From: Armatimonadota bacterium
GTDB taxonomy: Bacteria > Armatimonadota > Hebobacteria > Hebobacterales > Hebobacteraceae
Direction: 5' to 3'
DNA: 62,674 nt
Assembly: GCA_050010895.1 (NCBI GenBank)
Contig: JBEKKD010000001.1
Coordinates: 1-62,674, forward strand
Position 1 is the stretch's first letter. Every line of letters starts with the position of its first letter. Made by a program: the position numbers and the translations under genes. This document shows positions 31,095-41,061 of this stretch, in pieces. The notes under the pieces are model-generated. The model was not told the DNA's origin. It searched no databases and saw only the letters and a program-made list of their open reading frames with translations.

Positions 31095-33110
31095 TCACTG
31101 GCCGTATTCGAACGCACCCATATCCGGCGCTTTCCCTTTGTACCGGCGGTCGTTGATCCCGGGGATGACCTCGCCTGCGTCTATGCATGGGCTGTCGGCC
31201 GATAGCCGGCAGTCGCCTTTGGCGGCGTCAACGAACCTGGGGTCCCTGGAGATGAGATGCTCCCCGATCTTGGTGTCGCCAAAATCGGGCACGAGCGTGG
31301 TCACTCGGCCCTTGCGGAAATCGTCGAGCGTCTGGTAGAAGACTCCTCCCAGCTCCCCGAACGGCCCCGATTCGTAATAGATGTCATCGTAATCCCAGTT
31401 CACCGGCCAGAGTTTGCGCTCGAAGTCGAAGATCCCGCCGATCCTGCCGCACCAGATGTTGTTCCGGAACCGGATGCTGCGCCAGATCGCGTACTTCACG
31501 AGAAAGGCGCGGCTCTCCGCGTAGCCGGTATAGGAGGTGTTATGGTACAGAAACACCGGGCCCGTCCCCATGTCGGTGTTGTAGTCCCCGCCGTTCGTCT
31601 TGATCGGGTACCCCCAGTCGCCGCTGAGCTGCGCTGAGACCGACATCCCCCAGTTCGCGAGCACGTTGTACATGACCCACGTGGGACCATCCAGCGCCTG
31701 CGCCAGCGAGACGCCGGTCAGTGAGCCGTCCATGCGGTTGCCGAAGATGCGGACGTTACGGCTGAAGCCATCGGTCTCGAGGAAATCGTCGGCGACGTTT
31801 CTGATCTCGTTGTCGTAGAAGTCGGTCTCGCTCGAGCGGGCGTTGATGGTGATCCACGGACAGAGGTGGCTGCCGTCGAATAGGCCCTCGATGTGGTTCC
31901 TGCGGGCCACGAGGCCGCGCCCTGAATATCGCCCGTCGACGCAGACTGCGCCCGTCTCGATGTAGCCGTGGTAGAGCCAGCCCGCTTCTGTCTTGCAGTA
32001 GCTGAAATCCCAGTGGTTCACGTCATCGAGGAAGAAGCTGTCCTGAACGGTGTTGTTGGAGCTGTCGCCTTTGACCCAGATGCCGGCATTCGAGTAGAGC
32101 ACGCGGCAGTTCTGGAAGAGCGACTCCGAGGTATCGATCAGCTTCGCCGCGCAGTCGCCGAAGTAGCGGAACTCGATGCCATCGAAGAGGAGATGATTGC
32201 AGCCCTGCGCCAGCACGCCACTGGTGGGCTTCGAGGCGTGCACGTAGTAGTCGTCCATCACGCCCTTCGGCAGCCGGAGATGCAGCAGCTTCCCGTCGAA
32301 GTGGTAGGCTCCCGTGAATCCGAGTTGCTGGAAGGTCTTGCCGGCACTGATGCCTGTCCTGAGTTCCTCGAGCGTTCTCAGAGGGTATGACCGGTAGTGC
32401 TTGCCGGTCTTCTTGTCCTCGACGGTGACGTTCCAGGTCATCTCCTTGATCGGCGCGGAGTAGATGCCATCACTCTCGGGCGTCCAATGGGCGTCCGTGA
32501 GCTCCCGATACGAACCGTCTATGGCTGCCTTCTCCCCACGGTAGCTGCGGATGACGATCGGCTCGCGCCTGGTGCCGCCCTTTGGCGCAGCGAGGTCGCC
32601 TTCGTAGTACACCCCGCCTCGAAGATAGATCGTGGTGCCCGGCCGCGCCCTGGTGAATGCGGCCGCGATGGTCTTGAGCGGACGCTGCAGCGTGCCGGGG
32701 TCTGCATCGCTGCCGCTGGGGGAGACGAAAACCGATCTGGCGGTGGCCGGGATCCCCGGCTCCGGCCGGGTGCGGCCAGTCTCACGATGCTTGGAGATCA
32801 GCTTGCCCTCAACATCGTAGTACTCGATCTCGACCGTGTACCCGGTATCCGGCTGTAGGAAGAAGAGCGATGTGGCGAAGTAGTCGCGCGGCTCCACGGC
32901 GCTGGCAACTCGCACGAAGTCGTGCACCTGTCGGCGCCGGCCGTCTTCGATGAGATAGGCCTTGATCTGGCCGATTCCCCTGGGGGTGTAGCCCTTCGGG
33001 CTGTCAACCAGGATGCCCATGGTGTTGAAGTTGCCGTAGGTTTCAGCTCGAACGAGAGCGGGCGCAGGCAGCAGCGATAGACCGAGCAGGACGAACAAGA
33101 ATCTCTTCAA
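31095..33110 (-). CDS. secreted right-handed parallel beta-helix (pectate-lyase-fold) protein
   Basis: 671-aa ORF with signal peptide MKRFLFVLLGLSLLPAPALVRA. SVFVSPSGSDADPGTLQRPLKTIAAAFTRARPGTTIYLRGGVYYEG is the typical entry motif of DUF1565/beta-helix proteins. The protein is Asn/Gly/aromatic rich throughout. Confidence 0.6.
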   Translation of the reverse strand: MKRFLFVLLGLSLLPAPALVRAETYGNFNTMGILVDSPKGYTPRGIGQIKAYLIEDGRRRQVHDFVRVASAVEPRDYFATSLFFLQPDTGYTVEIEYYDVEGKLISKHRETGRTRPEPGIPATARSVFVSPSGSDADPGTLQRPLKTIAAAFTRARPGTTIYLRGGVYYEGDLAAPKGGTRREPIVIRSYRGEKAAIDGSYRELTDAHWTPESDGIYSAPIKEMTWNVTVEDKKTGKHYRSYPLRTLEELRTGISAGKTFQQLGFTGAYHFDGKLLHLRLPKGVMDDYYVHASKPTSGVLAQGCNHLLFDGIEFRYFGDCAAKLIDTSESLFQNCRVLYSNAGIWVKGDSSNNTVQDSFFLDDVNHWDFSYCKTEAGWLYHGYIETGAVCVDGRYSGRGLVARRNHIEGLFDGSHLCPWITINARSSETDFYDNEIRNVADDFLETDGFSRNVRIFGNRMDGSLTGVSLAQALDGPTWVMYNVLANWGMSVSAQLSGDWGYPIKTNGGDYNTDMGTGPVFLYHNTSYTGYAESRAFLVKYAIWRSIRFRNNIWCGRIGGIFDFERKLWPVNWDYDDIYYESGPFGELGGVFYQTLDDFRKGRVTTLVPDFGDTKIGEHLISRDPRFVDAAKGDCRLSADSPCIDAGEVIPGINDRRYKGKAPDMGAFEYGQ

Positions 33111-33155
33111 GGCAGTCCTCGAGTAGATGGGATAGTGCGGATGGGCCCAGCCGAC

Positions 33156-34280
33156 TTACTTCACCGTGCCCAGGGCCGCGACGGCCTCGCGCAGCCGAAT
33201 CGGAATGTCGATCCCTGCTGGGCAGCGTTCCAGACACTCGCCGCACTCTTCGCAGGCGTCTGGAGGGACGTCGAGGCCATCGTACACCTCTTGGCCCATG
33301 AACCGCTGGTCCTCGGGGTAGCTCTGGTGCATGTACAGGGCGCGGAAAACTGTCGGGATGTCGATGTCCTGACGGCAGGGAGCGCAATAGCCGCAGCTCA
33401 GGCAGAGCTGACCGTACCGCAGCTCCTTCTTCATCGAGGCAATGGTCTCGAAGAGCCGGCGGCGGGCGGCTTCATCGAACGCGGAGGCGCCGGCGATCGC
33501 GCGGTAGTTCTCGTTCACTTGCTCGACACTGATCATGCCCGGGATGACGGTGGTGACGTGTGGGTTGATGGCGATGCCGCGGAGCGTGCCGGCGACGACG
33601 GGGTCGAGGCCGTCCGCCCTCGCCGAACCGGGAGGCGAGACGAGCAGCCCGCCGGAGAGGGGCTTCATGATAATGACACCCATGTCGTGTTTTGCCGCCA
33701 GCGGGATCAGCTCAGGCCCGGTGCCCTCTTCGTCGATCGGGTTGTAGGCCAGCATGATAGTCTCGAAGAGGTCCGATTCGATGGCGCGGCGGATAGCGGC
33801 GTGGTGGCGGTGCATGGTGATGCCGTAGTGGCGGATCTTGCCCTGCTCCTTCGCCTTGCGGAACGCTTCCAGTGCGCCGCCCGGCGCCAGCACCTGGTCG
33901 AGAACGTCGCCGTTGCAGACCCAGTGCGCCTGATAGAGGTCTATGTCGTCGGTCTGCAGATTCTTCAGACTCGTTTCGAGTTCGGCCATCGCGTCTTCGG
34001 CCGTTCGCTTGCCGGTCTTGGTGGCGATGTAGACCTCCCCGCGGCGGCGCTTCAGCACCGGGCCGATTTTCACTTCGCTGTCGCCATACCCGCGGGCGGT
34101 GTCGATGAAGTTCACGCCCAGATCGAGCGCTCTGTCGAGCGCGTCGGCCGCTTCCTGGGCCGAGATGTGCGGGAACTTGATCGATCCGAATCCGAAGAGG
34201 GTGACGTATAGTTCTGTCTTCCCCAGGCGGCGCTTTTCGAGTTGTTCGGCCATTGCATTCTCCTGAATGGACTGGTCCAA
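33156..34280 (-). CDS. aldo/keto reductase with C-terminal 4Fe-4S ferredoxin-type domain
   Basis: 374-aa ORF with AKR motifs (LGKTELYVTLFGFGS, IDTARGYGDSE) and two Cys clusters at the C-terminus (CLSCGYCAPC and CEECGECLERCP). The true start may be the internal MAEQLEK. Confidence 0.85.
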   Translation of the reverse strand: MDQSIQENAMAEQLEKRRLGKTELYVTLFGFGSIKFPHISAQEAADALDRALDLGVNFIDTARGYGDSEVKIGPVLKRRRGEVYIATKTGKRTAEDAMAELETSLKNLQTDDIDLYQAHWVCNGDVLDQVLAPGGALEAFRKAKEQGKIRHYGITMHRHHAAIRRAIESDLFETIMLAYNPIDEEGTGPELIPLAAKHDMGVIIMKPLSGGLLVSPPGSARADGLDPVVAGTLRGIAINPHVTTVIPGMISVEQVNENYRAIAGASAFDEAARRRLFETIASMKKELRYGQLCLSCGYCAPCRQDIDIPTVFRALYMHQSYPEDQRFMGQEVYDGLDVPPDACEECGECLERCPAGIDIPIRLREAVAALGTVK

Positions 34281-34328
34281 AGCGAGAATTAGGCGCGAGC
34301 GATCCGTCTCCTGTGCCGGAAACGGCCG

Positions 34329-36335
34329 TCAGGAGTTGATGCCGAGAGCGCGGAAGACAATGGACTGCAGCAGTCCCATAGTCGCGCTGCCGACGATGAG
34401 GCCGAGAAAGAACGGGAGCGCGCGGCGATGCGAGCGCAGGCCGCCATAGCGCAGGAGGAGGGTCTTGACGAGCCACGAGATGATGATCGCGGGGGTCATG
34501 GAATCGATGGGGTAGCAGAACGCCAGGGGAAAGGCGATGGGGTGCAGCGGCCACCAGGAGAACTGCAGCTTGAGCGCCATGAGAACCAGCGTGGCGGCGA
34601 AGCCGGCGCCGATCGCCTCGACGCCGCCCCAGTTGGCGTCGCCCGGGTTGCGAAGCCATTCATCGAGCTTCTGGGAGGTCTCCCGAGGCACGAAGATCAG
34701 ACTCTGACTCGCCTTCGCCGTGCCCATTCCGAGATGGTAGCCGACGTGGATGCTCGCCCAAAAGTAGCAGAGCATCACGAGCGGCACCGCAGCCATGATG
34801 ACCCACGCCAACCGCGTGGGGTTGATCGCATCGCGCTCCGCCATTCTGAGCGCCTCGAGTTCTACTGGAGACGGGTTCGGCCTTTGCTCCCCCATGTAGG
34901 GGCGGAGCAGGGCGAGCGTGGCCATCCCGCGAGGGCCCAGAGCGCGCGTACCCGGGAACTGGGTGAGAGCGAACTCAGGCATGGTTCCGTACATCTCGTG
35001 GTTCGGCGGGCCCAGGTGCGCGCGGATCCGGCTCATCGCCATGGCCATGACGAAGTAGAGAAACAGGAACGCGCCCGTCACCGGACTGCTCATGCCTCCC
35101 CGGCCGAGGAAATAGCAGAGGAAAGCCAGGCCGCCAAGCGCTCCGAATACCGCCAGCCGATAGCTGAACGCTTCTTCGCTGTCATCGGCCATGGAGTGCA
35201 GCCCCACCGCCTTCCTCATCACCTGCGCCAGATACTTCCGGTCGAGCCACACGACAGAAACCATGAGGGCTACATAGGCGCCGATCGTCTGCTGATCTCC
35301 ATAGGGGAACCCGGCATAGCCGCTGGTCGTCCAGCCCAGCATGCGTGTGACGACATACTCTCCCCGCCAGAAGATGTTGAACGCGATCATCGAAAACGCG
35401 AGGTCCACCGGCATCAGATACGAAAGGCCGATGCTCCAGGGGTCCCAGCCGAGGGTGGGTGTTCGCAGCACGTCCCAGGGCTTGTTGTTGGAGAGGTAAT
35501 TGCCGATGTCCACGCTGGTCGGGATACCGGGGAAGGCGGGGACGAGGCGCGCGATGGTGTTGATCACGTGTATGCCGGCGGCGATCGCGATTCCGAGCCA
35601 CCAAACGGGATTCGAGAGCAGGCCGGAGCGCTCGTCTGTCATCTGGAGCGGCAGGATCGTCATGGGGAAGGGAAGCTGCTCCTCTTCCGACCAGCGCTTG
35701 CGCACGATCACGTTGAGGCAGAACGACACCCAGATCAGCGCCGTCGCCCACGCCGTCCACCAGAATGCAGGCTGGATCCAGGCGCGGAGGATCCATGCAT
35801 GGTACGGGTTCGTCTCGCCCATGAAGAACCCGGCGAGCGCATCCCGGTTCGAGACAGTCAGCCAGGTGGGCAGATTCGGCCAGATGAGGCTGTACCACTG
35901 GTTCTCCGGGCTGGCGTTCCAGATGGGCCAGGTGATCACGGTGGCCACGGACCCATTCCAGTCCCACACGCTGCCAGTGATTCCGATGGCAATCACCAGC
36001 ACGACATAGACGCAGATCACCTCGCCGCTGGTGAAAGCCCAGCGCGGTCGCCATCGCTTCAGGCCGTAGTTCGCCGCCGAAAGCGCGGTGAGGGCCGCAA
36101 CCGCGGCCGAAACCAGGGAGTCCATGCTCGACCCGCCGCCGACCAGCCAGTCGGATTGGACCATGTAGAAGACGGCGATGGGCACGAGCACGATGGCCAA
36201 GAGCATGGCCCGCGCCCGGATCGGCTGGAGAGGGCGGCCGCGGGCACGCCGCCCGCCGACAGTGGGGACAAGGCCTTCGCTCTTCAGTGGGGTATCTTCT
36301 CGTGCGGGCATCGCAGGCATTCTCAGGCACGTCAC
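34329..36335 (-). CDS. large polytopic membrane protein of unknown function
   Basis: 668-aa ORF with roughly 14 or more hydrophobic helices, Trp/Gly/Pro rich. I cannot assign a transporter signature. Coding is supported by length and by G/C-dominated third positions. Confidence 0.5.
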   Translation of the reverse strand: MTCLRMPAMPAREDTPLKSEGLVPTVGGRRARGRPLQPIRARAMLLAIVLVPIAVFYMVQSDWLVGGGSSMDSLVSAAVAALTALSAANYGLKRWRPRWAFTSGEVICVYVVLVIAIGITGSVWDWNGSVATVITWPIWNASPENQWYSLIWPNLPTWLTVSNRDALAGFFMGETNPYHAWILRAWIQPAFWWTAWATALIWVSFCLNVIVRKRWSEEEQLPFPMTILPLQMTDERSGLLSNPVWWLGIAIAAGIHVINTIARLVPAFPGIPTSVDIGNYLSNNKPWDVLRTPTLGWDPWSIGLSYLMPVDLAFSMIAFNIFWRGEYVVTRMLGWTTSGYAGFPYGDQQTIGAYVALMVSVVWLDRKYLAQVMRKAVGLHSMADDSEEAFSYRLAVFGALGGLAFLCYFLGRGGMSSPVTGAFLFLYFVMAMAMSRIRAHLGPPNHEMYGTMPEFALTQFPGTRALGPRGMATLALLRPYMGEQRPNPSPVELEALRMAERDAINPTRLAWVIMAAVPLVMLCYFWASIHVGYHLGMGTAKASQSLIFVPRETSQKLDEWLRNPGDANWGGVEAIGAGFAATLVLMALKLQFSWWPLHPIAFPLAFCYPIDSMTPAIIISWLVKTLLLRYGGLRSHRRALPFFLGLIVGSATMGLLQSIVFRALGINS

Positions 36336-36412
36336 CGACGGCCCATCGGTTCAGACCGAGGTCACGGCAGCATCTTCTGTCCTCGGACAGTCAGTGCCTC
36401 TCGTGGTAGGGT

Positions 36413-37120
36413 GTGACTGCACGCCGTCGAATGGTACTGAGACGCCGATGGAAAGCTGCCTTTCCATTCGCGCTGACCGCACAAGAGCTTTGCCGCCCAA
36501 CGACAGTGAACGACAAGCGACAGACACCTGAGGAACTCGCGGCCGCGACGTGGTTCGCCTCCGCCAAGGTGCACCGCGCGCAGACGTGGGCGAGCAAGTT
36601 GCGCTGGGTGCTCGCGCTGCCCGCGGTCGCAGTGCTGTTCGCCTTCGCCGACCGACCGCCGATGTGGACCGGCGTTGCGCTCGCCCTTTTCGGCGAGTGC
36701 ATCCAGGTTTGGGCTTCGGCGCATCTCCGGAAGAACGTTGACGTCGTCATGTCGGGCCCGTATGCGGTGACGCGAAATCCGATGTACACCGGCCGGTTCT
36801 TCGTTGGCCTCGGCCTGGTGCTGCTCACCTGGCGATGGTTCCTGATCGTGCCATACGTCATCGGGTTTGCGCTGTACGCGCAGGCTCGCGTGCTGGGGGA
36901 AGAGGCGCACTTGAGATCGCTCTTTGGTGACAGGTATGAGCAGTACTGCGCGGCGACACGGCGATGGTGCCCGTGGCCGCCGCGCCGGCGATTCTCCGAT
37001 GAGCGATGGTCGTGGGAGTGCGTGCTGCGCAACCACCAGCTCCGGGTGACGGCGGCTGTGGTGATCGGGCTGATCGCGATCAAGTGGCGGATCTCGTCAC
37101 TCGGGCGGCTGCCGTGGTGA
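36413..37120 (+). CDS. isoprenylcysteine carboxyl methyltransferase (ICMT/PEMT) family membrane methyltransferase
   Basis: GPYAVTRNPMYTGRFFVGLGL ... EEAHLRSLFGDRYEQYCAATRRW matches the ICMT-family C-terminal SAM-binding pattern. The start is uncertain (ATG 36413 or GTG about 36569). Confidence 0.7.
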   Translation: MTARRRMVLRRRWKAAFPFALTAQELCRPTTVNDKRQTPEELAAATWFASAKVHRAQTWASKLRWVLALPAVAVLFAFADRPPMWTGVALALFGECIQVWASAHLRKNVDVVMSGPYAVTRNPMYTGRFFVGLGLVLLTWRWFLIVPYVIGFALYAQARVLGEEAHLRSLFGDRYEQYCAATRRWCPWPPRRRFSDERWSWECVLRNHQLRVTAAVVIGLIAIKWRISSLGRLPW

Positions 37121-37157
37121 GCGCAGCATGCAGAACCGAAGGGCGTGACAGCGCCTG

Positions 37158-37688
37158 ATGGGCCGATTGCGGCGAACCCACATCCACTTTCTTCTCGCGC
37201 TGGCTGCGCTCGTGCTGGCGCACCCGCGTCCAGTCACAAACATCATCGGCACGGTCCTCTGCGTGGTCGGAATCGCCGTTCGCGTCTGGGCCGCTGGGGT
37301 GCTCGAGAAAGGGGGAGGTCTCTGCACTGACGGGCCGTACCGCTGGGTCCGACATCCGCTCTACTTCGGCAGCTCAATGGTGGCGCTGGGGCTATGCGTG
37401 ATGGCTAACTCGCTGTGGGGGTGGGCCGTCATCCTTCCGGCATTCGCCGCGTTGTACTGGGCACAGGCGGTGTACGAGGAGGGACGGCTGAGGGATGAGT
37501 TCGGCGAAGATCACGAGCGGTACGCTCGTAGCGTGCCCATGATCGTGCCCGCGCCTCCACGGGTCGTCGGCAGTGGTCGGGCGTGGCAACTCGCGCGCGT
37601 TGTGAAGAACCGCGAGCACTTCCACGTCCTGGTAACCTGCCTGCTCGTCGTGCTGTTCTATCTGCGGCACCTCCTGCCGCGGGTGTGA
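37158..37688 (+). CDS. ICMT/PEMT-family membrane methyltransferase (tandem paralog)
   Basis: 176-aa ORF with GPYRWVRHPLYFGSSMVALGL ... EEGRLRDEFGEDHERYARSVP, the same motif set as the upstream gene. Confidence 0.75.
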   Translation: MGRLRRTHIHFLLALAALVLAHPRPVTNIIGTVLCVVGIAVRVWAAGVLEKGGGLCTDGPYRWVRHPLYFGSSMVALGLCVMANSLWGWAVILPAFAALYWAQAVYEEGRLRDEFGEDHERYARSVPMIVPAPPRVVGSGRAWQLARVVKNREHFHVLVTCLLVVLFYLRHLLPRV

Positions 37689-37689
37689 C

Positions 37690-38961
37690 ATGAAGCCGCT
37701 GCGCCTGCTTCTGATCCTCGTCTCCCTGATCGCCCTGTGCGGCTGCGGGCAACGACGCCAGGCAGTCGAACTCGAGTTCTGGCTCGCGGACTTCAACGAA
37801 CAGACCCGCGCGCTCATCGACAAGCAGCTTGTCCCGCAGTTCGAGGCGAAGCATCCTGGCGTGAAGGTCAACACTCAGTACATCTCCTGGGCTCACCTGG
37901 ATGAAAAGCTGACCATCAGCTTTGCCGGCGGCGTGGCCCCTGACGTGTTCCAGGTGGGGGCCGAGTACGTCGGAGGTTTGGCCTACCGCGGAATGGCTCA
38001 GTCGATCGACGAGTATGTGAACCGCTGGGGCGCGAAGGGCGACTTCTTCCCAGCATCCTGGAATACGTGCGTCTATCAGAACCGCGTCTACGGCCTGCCC
38101 TATCTCTCTGCCCCGCGCGGTCTGCTCTACCGGAAGGACCTGCTGAAGGCGGCCGGCTTTGAGCGTCCACCGGACACGTGGGAGGAACTGGCGGCGGCCG
38201 CTCAGCGGATGACAGTGCGCGATGGCCCGGTCACCGAGATGGCCGGCATGAATCTCCCCGTGTCGTGGCAGATCTTCGTGGAGTTCCTGTGGGAGAATGG
38301 CGGGAGGATCTTCAGCGACGACGGCCGCCGCTCCGAGCTGAATGCGCCCGCGGCAGTCGAGGCGCTGCAGTTCTATGTGGACCTCTACAACAAGTACCAC
38401 GTCTGCCCGACCGCGGGCATGCCGCAGATCGGCGGTTCCGTCCCCGTCTTCGCGTCCAAGAAGGCGGCGATGGAGATCATGAACCAGTTCGGCATCTACA
38501 ATATCACCAAGTACGCGCCGGAACTGCTTCCGCTGGTGGATGTGGCGCCGACACCGAAGAGAAAGCAGCGCGTGATCTCCGTCTATACGGACTGGCTCGC
38601 CATGTCGCCCCAGAGCCGGCACAAGGACCTGGCCTGGGAGCTGATGGCGTTCCTGACGGAGCCGAAGAACCTGGCCGCATACAACGCGACTCTCTTCTTC
38701 ATCCCGCCCCGGCGCTCGGCTGCGAAGTCGGCGGACTTCATGCAGAGGAGCCCCCAGCTTCAGGAGTTCGTCGGGCTTATGGATCGCTACGGGCGGTCGC
38801 TCCCGGCGATCCCGGAGTGGTTCGAGATCCGCACCGGCCTGCAGTCCGCCATCGAGGCCGCGATCTATGGGAGCAAGACGCCGCGGCAGGCGCTGAATGA
38901 CTATTCGCGCGAGTTGGACGCGCTGCTCGCGGAGAGGACGGCCCCGGCCGATGGCAGCTAG
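37690..38961 (+). CDS. sugar ABC transporter substrate-binding lipoprotein (CUT1 / family 1)
   Basis: 423-aa ORF with a lipobox-type signal (LILVSLIALCGC). It has family-1 solute-binding-protein features and is followed by two permease genes. Confidence 0.9.
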   Translation: MKPLRLLLILVSLIALCGCGQRRQAVELEFWLADFNEQTRALIDKQLVPQFEAKHPGVKVNTQYISWAHLDEKLTISFAGGVAPDVFQVGAEYVGGLAYRGMAQSIDEYVNRWGAKGDFFPASWNTCVYQNRVYGLPYLSAPRGLLYRKDLLKAAGFERPPDTWEELAAAAQRMTVRDGPVTEMAGMNLPVSWQIFVEFLWENGGRIFSDDGRRSELNAPAAVEALQFYVDLYNKYHVCPTAGMPQIGGSVPVFASKKAAMEIMNQFGIYNITKYAPELLPLVDVAPTPKRKQRVISVYTDWLAMSPQSRHKDLAWELMAFLTEPKNLAAYNATLFFIPPRRSAAKSADFMQRSPQLQEFVGLMDRYGRSLPAIPEWFEIRTGLQSAIEAAIYGSKTPRQALNDYSRELDALLAERTAPADGS

Positions 38962-39883
38962 CGCCGCGACGAGAGAGGAGCGAACGGCTTACCTGTTCCT
39001 CGCGCCCGGCCTGGCGTTGTTTCTTCTGTTCGTGATGATCCCCGTGGTGGCGGCGTTCTACCTGTCGTTTTGTCGCTACGATATCATCCACTCGCCGCAC
39101 TGGATCGGAACCGCGAACTATCAGCGTATCGCCAGAGACATCGGGAGCCAGGGCGTGTTCTGCGTCTCTCTGCGCAATACCGCGCAGTATGCCCTCGGCA
39201 CCATCCCTCTCGGTATGGCGCTCGCGCTGGCATTGGCACTGCTCGTCAACGCAGGCCTGCGCGGTGTCAGCATCTATCGAACGACCTATTACCTGCCTGT
39301 GGTCACGAGCCTGGTGGCCATCTCGATGGTGTGGATGTGGATCTATGACCCGAGCTATGGGCTGCTCAACTACCTCCTCGTCCTGATCTCCCGCGCGGCG
39401 AGCGCGGTCACGGGCCACCACGTCCTCATCGCTCCTCAGACGTGGCTGGCGAACCCGAAGCAGGCGATGCCCGCGATCATCGCCATGTCCATCTGGCGGG
39501 GCCTGGGCTACAACATGGTGATCTATCTCGCCGGGCTGCAGGGCATCCCGGAGCATCTCCACGAAGCCGCGCTCATTGACGGCGCGTCGAAGTGGCAGCG
39601 GTTCAGGGCGATCACCTGGCCGCTGCTCAAGCCCACCACCGCGTTCATCTTCGTCGTCTCCGTGATTGGCGCATCGCAAGTCTTCGCGCAGGTCTACGTG
39701 ATGACGAACGGCGGGCCGAACAATGCCACCACCACCATCGTGCACCAGATCTTCCAGAACGCCTTCAGCTTCATGAAGATGGGCTATGCCTCGGCGATGG
39801 CGTTCGTGCTCTTTGCCATCATCTTCGTGCTCTCGCTGATCAACCTGCGGCTGATGCGCGGTGGCGAGGTCGAGTACGTATGA
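38951..39883 (+). CDS. carbohydrate ABC transporter permease (MalF-like)
   Basis: The ORF track gives 38897..39883. The start is placed at MAASAATREERTAYLFLAPG. It has six TM helices and the EAA-loop region EAALIDGASKWQRFRAITWPLL. Confidence 0.9.
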   Translation: MAASAATREERTAYLFLAPGLALFLLFVMIPVVAAFYLSFCRYDIIHSPHWIGTANYQRIARDIGSQGVFCVSLRNTAQYALGTIPLGMALALALALLVNAGLRGVSIYRTTYYLPVVTSLVAISMVWMWIYDPSYGLLNYLLVLISRAASAVTGHHVLIAPQTWLANPKQAMPAIIAMSIWRGLGYNMVIYLAGLQGIPEHLHEAALIDGASKWQRFRAITWPLLKPTTAFIFVVSVIGASQVFAQVYVMTNGGPNNATTTIVHQIFQNAFSFMKMGYASAMAFVLFAIIFVLSLINLRLMRGGEVEYV

Positions 39884-40746
39884 AGCTCTCCATTGCGAAG
39901 CGCGCCGCGCTCCACGTCCTCCTCATCGCCGGCGCTCTCACGATGATCCTGCCGTTTCTGTGGATGCTCTCGACATCTCTGAAGCCTGAGGCGGAGATCT
40001 TCCGCTTTCCGCCCAACTGGTTCCCGAACCTGTGGAAGTGGGCGAACTACTCGGAGGCGATGAATGCCGCGCCGTTTGGCCGCTACTTCGTAAACACGGC
40101 AATCTACGCCGCCGCGATCACGCTCTCGAACCTGCTGCTGTGCTCGATGGCGGCCTACGCCTTTGCTCGCCTCCGCTTCCGCGGACGCAACATTCTCTTC
40201 ATCCTCACGCTGGGCACGATGATGGTGCCCGGGCAAGTAACGATGGTTCCGGTCTTCATCCTGCTGAAACGCTGGCCGCTCATGGGGGGCAATGGCTGGC
40301 TCGGCATCGGCGGACACGGGCTGCTGAACTCCTACACCGGCCTGATCCTGCCGGGCGCGGTGGGGGCGTTCGGCATCTTCCTGCTGCGGCAGTTCTTCAT
40401 GACGCTGCCGCGGGACCTCGAGGACGCGGCGCGTATCGACGGGTGCTCGGAGATCGGCATCTACTGGCGCATCATCCTCCCGCTCTCCGCCCCCGCGCTC
40501 GCGACGCTGGGCATCTTCACCTTCACCGCCGCCTGGAATGAGTTCCTCTGGCCGCTGCTCATCATGAGCAAGGACTCGATGAAGACCCTCCAGATCGGCC
40601 TGCAGGTCTTCCAGACCCAGTACACCACCCGCTGGGACCTGCTCATGGCCGGCACGGTCGTCGTCACGCTTCCGGTGCTGGTGATCTTCCTACTGGGACA
40701 GCGGTACTTCACGCGTGGCATTGCGCTGAGTGGGATGAAGGGGTAG
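39880..40746 (+). CDS. carbohydrate ABC transporter permease (MalG-like)
   Basis: Start MKLSIAKRAAL (ATG 39880) forms an ATGA overlap with the upstream stop. The EAA-loop region is DAARIDGCSEIGIYWRIILPL. Confidence 0.9.
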   Translation: MKLSIAKRAALHVLLIAGALTMILPFLWMLSTSLKPEAEIFRFPPNWFPNLWKWANYSEAMNAAPFGRYFVNTAIYAAAITLSNLLLCSMAAYAFARLRFRGRNILFILTLGTMMVPGQVTMVPVFILLKRWPLMGGNGWLGIGGHGLLNSYTGLILPGAVGAFGIFLLRQFFMTLPRDLEDAARIDGCSEIGIYWRIILPLSAPALATLGIFTFTAAWNEFLWPLLIMSKDSMKTLQIGLQVFQTQYTTRWDLLMAGTVVVTLPVLVIFLLGQRYFTRGIALSGMKG

Positions 40747-40788
40747 AGGCGCAGGGCGGCTCAATCTCTGCACTCCCCCGTCTTCGTG

Positions 40789-40794
40789 TATAAT
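40789..40794 (+). promoter_or_regulatory. candidate -10 box (perfect TATAAT) upstream of hicB
   Basis: cgtgTATAATgtc lies 37 nt upstream of the hicB ATG in an otherwise GC-rich context. No good -35 element was seen. Confidence 0.3.
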
Positions 40795-40830
40795 GTCTCT
40801 GTAGGCACCCGGGTTGCTGGGAGAGGTCAC

Positions 40831-41061
40831 ATGGAGACGCGGCATTACAACTACACCGTCATCATAGAGCCGGAGGAAGGCGGCGGGTACCATGCCTTCT
40901 GCCCGGCGCTCAAAGGCGTCCACACCTTTGGCGATACGCTGGAAGAGGCCATTGCCCATGCCCGCGAGGCGGTGGAGGTCTACCTCGAAAGCCTGAAGGA
41001 GCACGGCGAGCCGCTCCCGGTAGAGGACATCGTGATCAAGCCGATTGAGGTGGCGGCTTGA
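40831..41061 (+). CDS. hicB: HicB-family (UPF0150) antitoxin-like protein, short form without DNA-binding domain
   Basis: The ORF track gives 40786..41061. The start is placed at METRHYNYTVIIEPEEGGGYHAFCPALKGVHTFGDTLEEAIAHAREAVEVYLESLKEHGEPLP, a close match to the HicB-like consensus. GGAGAGG lies upstream. Confidence 0.75.
   Translation: METRHYNYTVIIEPEEGGGYHAFCPALKGVHTFGDTLEEAIAHAREAVEVYLESLKEHGEPLPVEDIVIKPIEVAA

Noticed and set aside
34428-36416. 662-aa plus-strand ORF antisense to the 668-aa membrane protein
   Set aside because: It is highly charged (Arg/Asp/Glu/His/Gly rich), with no domains. The opposite frame encodes coherent TM helices.
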